Assembly (NCBI GenBank): GCA_951406725.2
Contig: OX597815.1
Location: 107,260,001-107,324,000, forward strand
Reading direction: 5' to 3'
DNA length: 64,000 bases
DNA from: Octopus vulgaris
Lineage: Eukaryota
Positions 55,036 to 64,000 of this stretch are shown piece by piece. Made by a program: the position numbers and the translations under genes. Each line of letters opens with the position of its first letter. Position 1 is the first letter of the stretch. The notes beneath the pieces were generated by a model. It did not search any database, was not told where the DNA came from, and worked only from the letters and a program-made list of their open reading frames with translations.

Positions 55036-55093
<58 letters not shown>

Positions 55094-55120
55094 TTAATAA
55101 TAATATTAATAATAATAATT
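54340..55120 (+). pseudogene. Second R4/Dong-like LINE 3' fragment with (TAA)n tail
   Basis: NHDQV..LHWKLC, VLESEKCKILWNFPIQMDKKLENNRLDITIIDKEK, VPIIISALG; (TAA)n at 55038-55118. Confidence 0.8.
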
Positions 55121-55124
55121 ACTA

Positions 55125-55330
55125 AAGACACAAGGCCTGAAATTTTTGGGGAGGGTACTAGCTGATTACATCAATCTCCAGTGTTTCACTGGTACTTAAT
55201 TTATCAACCCCAAAAGGATGAAAGGCAAAGTCGACCTCAGCAGAATTTGAACTCAGAACACAAAGACAGACAAAATGCTGCTAAGCATTTTGCCCAGCGT
55301 ACTAATGATTCCGCCAGCTTCTCGCCCTTA
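55125..55330 (-). mobile_element. SINE family C
   Basis: Reverse complement of 25085-25290. Confidence 0.85.
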
Positions 55331-55351
55331 TATTAACAACAACAACAACAA

Positions 55352-55910
55352 TGCCCTAATGCAGTACCAGGCAGTGGCTCTCATGGCTTCTGATCTTAAC
55401 TGATTGGAAGTGTTATCATGTACATTGTTTTGTCTCGGTATAAAAGATGGGCTACAGCAAATATTCTCCTCAATACCACAGATTTGCTTGTCAGTTGTTT
55501 GACCATAACCAGTTGAGCATGTCCCTTAGTGGCTGTCGATATGTACATCTCTGATCACAAGCAGAAGTAGTAGGAGAGCATCATAGCCATGTGTTGACAG
55601 GAATTCTTAGAGGTTTGGCTAATTCACCTTTGGAAACATGGGTGTTTCATTCAACATCCTTAAACAATCCTTATTCAGAGACCTTTTGAGCGGGATGGGT
55701 TACTCGACCAGAAGAAAATTCTAACTGGGCCCCACCTGCAAGGTCATGCACTGTTTATCTTGATATTAAATCGCCATGTCACGCACATATGGTTGTGATG
55801 CATGTGCCTGGTGTACACTTATCAGATGGGTAGTCATGATGGGTATACTGGGCTTCGTATATTTTACCCCAGTGTTACTTTGATGGTATGCACTGCTCTC
55901 TCTGTTTCTC
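55352..55910 (+). mobile_element. Probable interspersed repeat (LINE 3' UTR-like) between (CAA)n and (AAT)n
   Basis: Higher-GC block sharply bounded by trinucleotide repeats; only one copy in the window. Confidence 0.45.
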
Positions 55911-56188
<278 letters not shown>

Positions 56189-56460
56189 ATCAATTATAAA
56201 CATTTTTCATTGTCATTGTTACAGCAGTGCATTGTTAATAGAAATTGATGGTTAGTTGATATTAAAAGTATTTTTCTAAAGCTTTTGTTTCAAATTTGTT
56301 CTTTGTGTTCGACATAACCACACCGAATTTATTCTCACACCGGTTCTTGTACTTGAATAATTTGTTACTGTAATCCAGTGTGGCTAGAAACTAAATGGGC
56401 TGAATGAAATAAATATCTACAAAAGATTACACACAAGGATAAGAATCGAAAGTGAAAATA

Positions 56461-56489
56461 ACACACGCACACACACACACACACACGCG

Positions 56490-56573
<84 letters not shown>
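56461..56573. repeat. (CA)n(CG)n(CA)n alternating purine-pyrimidine tract
   Basis: Direct reading of the sequence. Confidence 0.95.
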
Positions 56574-56576
<3 letters not shown>

Positions 56577-56959
56577 GTTACCTTACTTAAACTAGCGTGT
56601 TTTATCAAAATGGAGATAACTTATATTGGAAGTAGAATTTCTCTTTCAAACTATCTTTCTCTTTGTTATTCTATCTTTATGCACACACACACACACACAC
56701 GTGCAATTTTGTGTGTGTTTATATACATTGTCAGTTAGTTGTCCATTACTCAGAAAAACAAAGCACAGTCTAAAAGGAAAAGAGAATGGTTATATTGATG
56801 AGGAGCATGCTTTTAGTTATGGCTTATAACTGGTCAGAATCTTATATGCCATAACCAGGAATATACTAGTTGACAATATAAATATATACGTACATAAATA
56901 CATACATACACACATGCACACACACACACACACACATATACATAAATATATATGTGTAT

Positions 56960-57450
56960 CACCATCATCATCATCATCATCATCGTTTAATGTCCGTTTT
57001 CTATGCAGGCATGGGTTTGACGGTTTGACTGGGGACTGCAAGTAAGTAGGCTGCGCCATGTTCCAATCTGATTGGGCAAGGTTTCTACAGCTGGATGCCC
57101 TTCCTAATGCCAACCACTCCAAGAGTGTAGTAGGTGCTTTTTATGTGCCACCAGCATGGGAGCCAGTCAGGTAGCACTGGCATCGACCACGTTCGGATAG
57201 TATTTTTTACATGCCACCGGCACAGGTGCCAGTCGGGGTAGGGGGACTGGCATCAACCACGTTTGGATGGTGCTTTTTACCTGCCACCAGCACAGGGAGT
57301 CAGTCAGGCAGAACTGGCATCAGTCCACGTTTGAATGGTACTTATTACGTGCTACCAGAATGGGTGCCAGTCAGGTAGCACTGGCATCGGTCACAACTAC
57401 AATTTCCATATTGATTTCAATGTTGATTTACTTTTGATATTGATTTTTGA
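56960..57450 (-). mobile_element. RTE 3'-UTR element with internal tandem units of about 60 bp
   Basis: (CAT)n, CGTTTAATGTCCG..., repeated GTGCCACCAGCA..GCCAGTCAGG..CTGGCATC. Confidence 0.85.
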
Positions 57451-58066
57451 TTTGTATGTATCTTAAATATGTTTGAATATGCAAATGAAGCTCCTATTCT
57501 GTTATGTTGGCCACAGTCAAATGATGCTGACTGGTGAACCAGTTTTTGGGGTTACACCAAGCTGCACTGATATAATGTAGAATAAATATATTAATAATAA
57601 CAATAATCCTTGGATGGAATTTAGAAATATTTTAATGCATCGCTATGTGCATTCCCACAAATCACATGTCTCTTAAGATGACAGTCCATATTCCTGGGGT
57701 GGTTATGTATAGTCTGTAGTATACATGGGCATCATAATGTTGGTAGATGTAGTTCATCACTATATGCAGTTGTATAACATTAGATAAGACAAGCCTCCAT
57801 CATGAGGGTAAAATAGATTTTAATTTCATGGATCACCAAACCCCTAGAAACAGCTGTTGGACTTATAACTCCTTTTTTTCACCCCTTTAATTTTCTCAGT
57901 TGCTTGTACTCTGTATAAATTAGAACTATTAATATAAATATCTCTATATTCATACTTGCATATATTCATCGTCTGAAAGTCTCCACCTTTTGCTTTCTCT
58001 CATTTTGCATATATACATATATATATACATATTTTGTATTTCACATCCAAACTATTATATTTAATA

Positions 58067-58579
58067 CTAGCAGTATCGCCCGGCGTTGCTCGGGTTTGTA
58101 AGGGAAATAACTATATAAGCATTTTTAGAGAGTTACTTCCCTTATAGATGCCAATTCGGGCTTTCTTAGCCATTTCTGTTTTGGTGTCTTCAAGCCATGA
58201 AGTCATTGTTCTAAAAGAATGCTGGTCTCCTTGACAACGCTTTACGACGTTGATTTCCTTACACTCCCTTCCCCACAGCTTCACGAGGGAGGGAAGAAGG
58301 AGGAGAAGCAAGCAGGTGCAGGTGTGACCATGGACGCCAACTCCGCCGCCATCGACACACGAAAAATTATGCATTAAAATGGAATAAAAAATGATGTTAA
58401 ATTATTTTTAAAATCGGAGACTCATCATAGACGCGCGCTAATACTCAGACAGGCTCAATATGAATCACGACTATAAGATACCTGAATTTGGTTAAACTGC
58501 ACCGCAAAATGTGGGAGTAGTTAGGAATCTAAATCGAAGGGGACAGACACTCACACAACTACAGTTTTATACATATAGA
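58067..58579 (-). mobile_element. Non-autonomous Helitron
   Basis: Minus strand starts A|TCTATATGTATAAAA and ends with hairpin CCCGAGCAACGCCGGG, then CGATACTGCTAG|T; no TSD. Confidence 0.85.
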
Positions 58580-58799
58580 TATCCTATTTGTTTATCCACA
58601 TAATTGCCTCTATATCTACTCAACTTGATCGCTCTTATAGCAGTTCTTTACCCCCATGGAATTGATTCCCTGGAAAAACATCAGAGACGAAGTTTCAATC
58701 TTTTGAGCACTACCAAGTGTTTTCAATACTGAGAATCTCTGGATCTCATTTGTTGACTGTATACATATATACATGTATGTGTGTGTGTTTGTGTGTGTG

Positions 58800-58838
<39 letters not shown>

Positions 58839-59077
58839 TGTGTGTGTATGTGTGTGTGTGTGTATACATGGTAATAATTCTTTTTTCCCTGTTTTAAGTT
58901 CATATGAGTGTAATATTGATGTTTTTTGTGTGTCAGATAATCATTTTGCTGAACTGGTGTAAAAGTCGAAAGATATTTCACTGAGATAAGAAGACATTTG
59001 AAACTTGAACACTGATATGGATAAAAGAATTAAAAGAGAGATAAATGTGTTAAAGACAGGTGCGTCTAGCCCAGATA

Positions 59078-59110
<33 letters not shown>

Positions 59111-59261
59111 TTTTGTGTGTGTGTGTGTATACACACATACACACACACATACACACACACACACACACACACATATCTCTCTCTATGTATTTAAACATAC
59201 ACACACACACACACATACATATTATATACACATGAATATATGCATGTATATTTATACATTC

Positions 59262-59650
59262 TTTTATTCTTTAATTGTTTCAGTCATTTGACTGTAGCCT
59301 TGCTGGAGCAGCGCTTTTAGTTGAGCAAATCGATCCCAGAACTTATTCTTTGTAAGCCTAGTACTTATTCTATCGGTCTCTTTTGCCGAACCACTAAGTT
59401 ACAGGGACATAAAAACACTCCTGCATCAGTTGACAAGCAATGGTGGGTGGACAAACACACACACACAAATACAAATATATATATATATATGATGGGCTTC
59501 TTTCAATTTCTGTTTATCAAATCTACCCACAAGGCTTTGGTCAGCCTGAGGCTATAGTAGAAGGCACTTGCTCAAGATGTCATACAGTGAGACTGAACTT
59601 GGAACCACGTGCTTGGGAAGCAAGCTTCTTACCACACAATCACTCCAGTG
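59262..59650 (-). mobile_element. SINE family A, full-length
   Basis: Colinear with 30795-31182. Confidence 0.85.
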
Positions 59651-59654
59651 CTTA

Positions 59655-59696
59655 TATGCATATATATAATTATATATATATATATGTGTATATATG

Positions 59697-59755
<59 letters not shown>

Positions 59756-59819
59756 ATATATATGTATGTATATATATATATGTATGTATATGTATACGTA
59801 TGTATATGTATATGTATGT

Positions 59820-59853
<34 letters not shown>

Positions 59854-60395
59854 GTATATATATATATATATATATATATGTTTGTGTGTGTATATATGTA
59901 TACTCACACACATACACACACACACACATATATAAGTACATATATGTATATTTCGAAGCTGACGCATTCACTAACCCACATTTCCATTTTTCTACTTTGG
60001 AATACACATGCTCACACACACTAGCACACACACACTAGCACACACACACATGTGCATGTAGCCCACCAACACACACAAACATACACGCATACATATTGGT
60101 TCATGAGGCTGTCATATTACTGATTACAATAGAGAGTGTGTATTCTTTTCTTTCTGAAGTATAACTGTCTATCTGCCTCACTTGAACTTTGATATTTACA
60201 AAGCTATGGTGTTTGTTATGCCTAGATAAATAAGAGCCATTGATGCATAATATACATACACACACATATACATACATACTTACATACATACATATATACA
60301 TGCATATATACATACATATATACATACATATATACATACATACATATACATTTATATATATATATACATACATACATATACATTTATATATATAT

Positions 60396-60434
<39 letters not shown>

Positions 60435-60457
60435 CACACACACACACACACACACAT

Positions 60458-60500
<43 letters not shown>
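59655..60500. repeat. Large compound (TA)/(TATG)/(CA) microsatellite fields (59655-59950 and 60250-60500)
   Basis: Direct reading of the sequence. Confidence 0.9.
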
Positions 60501-60501
<1 letters not shown>

Positions 60502-60688
60502 CTTTACTTGTTTCAGTAATTAGACTGTGACCAAGCTGGGGCACCACTTTCAAGAAATTTAGTCTTATGAATCGACCGCAGTACCTTTTTAAAGTCTGGT
60601 ACTTATTCTATTGGCCTCTTTTGCCAAACTTTTAAGTTATGGAAATGTAAACAAACCAACGTTGGTTGTCAAGCAGTGATGGTGGTGA

Positions 60689-60721
<33 letters not shown>

Positions 60722-60904
60722 CACACAAGCACACACACACACAAACAAACATATATATTTATATAGGTATATAGATATATATACACATGGGTGTGTATGA
60801 TTGTGTATAGAAGAATATTGTAATCAAAGGAATTCCAATTTTGTCTGATTTCCATGTTTTATTTTCAATCTTTTTTATAATATAATATAATATTCTTTAT
60901 TCTT

Positions 60905-61225
60905 TTATTCTTTTATTTGTTTCTGTCATTTGACTGTGGCCATGCTGGAGCACCACCTTTAATCAAACAAATCGACCCTAGGACTTATTCTTTGTAAGCC
61001 TAGTACTTTTTTCTATTGGTCACTTTTGCTGAACTGCTAAGTTACATTGATGTAAACGCACCACCATTGGTTGTCAAGTGATGGTGGGTGGGGGTGGGAG
61101 ACACACACTCACTACAGTAGAGGCTATAGTAGTAGACACTTCCCCAAGGGGCCACACAGTGGGACTGAACCTGTAGCCATGTGGTTGGTAAGCAAGTTAC
61201 TTACCACATAGCCACTCCTGCACCT
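60905..61225 (-). mobile_element. SINE family A with internal deletion
   Basis: Tail and head colinear with 30795-31182, missing about 60 bp. Confidence 0.8.
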
Positions 61226-61257
61226 ATAATATAATGAAATTATCATCATCACCATTG

Positions 61258-62825
61258 TAAATTGAAGAGATGAGTGTAGGTTGTTCAAGAGAATATTGAA
61301 TTCTTCCAGAGTAATTAGAGATTCTGTCCAGATTATGAAGCAGTCATCAAGGTATCTCTTCTATGCCTTTTCAATATACTTTCTAAATTCAGTGTTATAG
61401 CTTTCCTTTACTTCTTGGCAGAGTTGTTCTAAGTATCTCATTACAGAGTTCACATAAATGGGAGCAAACTTCGTTCCCCTCACTGTACCTTTAATTTGGG
61501 TGTAATTCTTTCCCCTGGAGAAGAATGTGTTGTTTTCCAGAATAAGTCTGACTGTGTCTAATATAAATTGCACTGCGAATCTGTTAGGAATTCCTTCTGT
61601 ATGTTTTTCTACCCAGTATCTAATCGCTTTTATTTCTAAATCATGTGGAATATTGGTGTAAAGGTTTACTACATCAATACTAAATAAAAGTGAATTTGTT
61701 TGTGTTGTTATGGGAAGATAGGACAGGAAGTCAATGTCATCCTGGATGAAACTAGGTATGTAAGTACATAGTGGTTTCAAAACAATGTCAATAAAATTTC
61801 TTAGACAGTGGGTAAAGCATGCTGGACCAACTATAAGGGGTATAAGTTTCAAGTCTTTTGGATATAATAATTTTATGTACTCACTTTCTTGTTCTTTTAC
61901 TCCATGTTGAATATCTTTTTACTTGTGCATTTTCAGTAAACTGTAGAAGTTACTGGGTTTTGGCTTAAAATTGGTGATGTAGTCTCATTATCGGTAAGTG
62001 AGTTGTAGTATTTTGAAACCAGGTTGTTGATCTTCTTCATGATGTGGTGGTCTATATTTGCGGGTATTTCACAATAGAAGGTTGTATCCTTCAGTTGGTC
62101 CTCAACCAAATCCTTATAGTATTCGGTATCCATAATAACAATTGCACCACCTTTATCTGCTTGTTTAATTATTATGGTTTGATCGTTTTATATACGTTTA
62201 CATGCAGACATCTCCGATTTATTGTTTGGCCTAACATTAGTATTGTGTCTAAGGGGAAATTTAGACAGGATATCAATGTATTGGTCAAGATAGTTATTTC
62301 TTTTATAGATGGATAGGTTGTATTCCATCTAATGTGACTCTACTCAGAAGGCTGTAATATCATTTGACAGAAAACCCAGTATAAAGAATACATAAAACAA
62401 AGCTGTGACTTTGTATACCTTTAATATGGCCACATTTATATACACAAGCTGAAGGATATTATGCAAATGATTTGATGTGTGGAGGCTACTGGTGTGTGGT
62501 GTGAGAGAGCCAGTTAGGTTACGTCTTCATAATTTCATGTCCCAATGCAGAAAGAGAAAATCCTAAGGGCTCATGCCAGAATCTCACACTCTAACACCAT
62601 CTAGTGTCAGTTTGTTTAACACTACTGTCAAGGGAGTATCTTCGCCTACACTTCCTTTTGGTAGGGTGAAATTTGATTTATTCTTTACATCAATCTCATT
62701 ACATTTATTAATGAAGAATTCTACAAGTTGTAACTTACAACAGAATTTTTGGATATCCTCCTTTAGTTCTTTGTGGTTGACTGCTGGTACAGGTGTGAAA
62801 TTCAGTCCTTTTGACAGAGGTTACT
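61258..62825 (-). pseudogene. Penelope-like element ORF remnant (N-terminal region plus RT)
   Basis: LLSKGLNFTPVP..DIQKFC.KLQLVEFF..KNKSNF; IIKQADKGGAIVIMD; PLIVGP; SIDVVNLYTNIP; ILENNTF; GT.RGTKFAP; RYLDDCFIIW. Confidence 0.9.
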
Positions 62826-62851
62826 ATATATTTATATATATATGTATATGC

Positions 62852-62884
<33 letters not shown>

Positions 62885-62960
62885 TGTATGTATGTATGTA
62901 TGTATGTATGTATGTATGTATGTATGTATGTATGTATGTATGTATGTATGTATGTATGCA

Positions 62961-63003
62961 TACTTCGTGCAATGGCCATACTCGATAACGAGGGGGTAGC
63001 CAT
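62961..63003 (-). mobile_element. 43-bp end fragment of family F inside (TATG)n
   Basis: Reverse complement of about 6989-7031. Confidence 0.75.
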
Positions 63004-63031
63004 AATGTATGTATGTATGTTTGTATGTATG

Positions 63032-63075
<44 letters not shown>

Positions 63076-63134
63076 CACATACACATATACACATGCACAG
63101 ATATCTACGTGAGTTGTCATCTTTTCGAGTCAAT

Positions 63135-63165
<31 letters not shown>

Positions 63166-63237
63166 TATATACACATATTCTTTTACTCTTTTACTTGTTT
63201 CAGTCATTTTGACTGCAGCCATGCTGGAGCACTACTG

Positions 63238-63273
<36 letters not shown>

Positions 63274-63287
63274 TTCTGGAATGGTGA

Positions 63288-63614
63288 AATGTGATTTCTT
63301 CTTGTGGGAATATTTAAAATCAAAAGTATTCAGTCATCGCCCTCGATCTATTGATGAATTAAAATGTGCAATTTGTGTAGAAATAGCAACCATTCCAGAA
63401 GAAATGATCCATAGAGTTATTGATAACTTTCATGAATGTTTCCAACAGTGTGTTGACAATGATGGGAAGCATTTAGCTGATTTGATTTTTAAAACTTAAT
63501 GAAATAAAATGGCATTATATGTACATTCAGAAAATAAAATTTTTCTTTTCATTATTTCTTATTTTGTTCTTTTATTAAGCCTCCAAATGTATCAGATCAT
63601 TTTGGTCCACCCTG
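63288..63614 (+). mobile_element. Tc1/mariner-superfamily transposon 3' end
   Basis: CDFFLWEYLKSKVF..P.SIDELK..I..EIATI..CV..DGKH; terminus CCACCCTG|TA. Confidence 0.88.
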
Positions 63615-63626
63615 TAGATATATGCA

Positions 63627-64000
63627 CAGTGTGGTGAATAAATTGTCATCTAAATTATGCAAAAATGAAAATAACACTGACATCTCATTTTAACAGATAT
63701 ATTTACCAAAGTTACATAAAAATATCTTGAAATACTAAAGAGTAAATTTATTCAATAAACTTACCATTAGCTTTAATCACGGCCTCCAGACGACTTTGGA
63801 ATCTGCAACTCTTCTGGACAGTCTCCTTGTTTTAGTTGGTAAATGCTGTGATAATCCTTGCCTTCAGCTTGTCTTTGGTGTTACAAAGAGTTTTGTTGGT
63901 CTGCGCCCCACACATGATAATCAAGGGGAGTTAGGTGGCCATATGTTATGGGTGATGTGGTCACAGAAATTGTTTGACAGCTGTATCTGGGTTCTGCTGC
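63627..64000 (-). mobile_element. Second Tc1/mariner (maT-like) transposon 3' end, runs off the window
   Basis: Minus strand WPPNSP..LDYHVWG..TKDKLKARI..FQSRLEAVIKANGKFIE*; TIR-like CAGTGTGGTGAATAAATTG. Confidence 0.82.

Noticed and set aside
57130-57400. Repeat-spacer-like array of about 60-bp units (also 7800-8000 and 14220-14500)
   Set aside because: Degenerate tandem units of the RTE 3' UTR in a eukaryote; not CRISPR

Overview
AT-rich, microsatellite-saturated eukaryotic DNA. The repeat families (tRNA-headed SINEs with internal microsatellites, RTE LINEs with (GAT)n tails, (TA)n/(TACA)n/(AAT)n arrays) look like a coleoid cephalopod, probably Octopus; this is an inference. No host protein-coding exon could be supported, and almost all listed ORFs are microsatellite or repeat artefacts. 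The window is a transposon graveyard: a young 5'-truncated RTE LINE with a PHD finger (40765-43189, one frameshift), older RTE, R4/Dong-like, L1/Tx1, CR1-like and Ty3/gypsy fragments, two Tc1/mariner ends, a non-autonomous Helitron, a hAT MITE and many SINEs. The most notable signal is a set of mutually unrelated non-coding elements of about 0.3-0.7 kb inserted in (TA)n. Several carry minimal type I hammerhead ribozyme motifs with a palindromic helix III, three of them with an unusually long 54-61 nt helix II. Some form long hairpins (short inverted copy plus long copy), and several end in a similar TC(A/T)CCCT motif. Two decayed Penelope-like RT/GIY-YIG ORFs lie in the same window. This looks like a diverse Penelope-dependent, ribozyme-bearing non-autonomous retroelement system. 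Family names are from motif recognition only; no database search was run.
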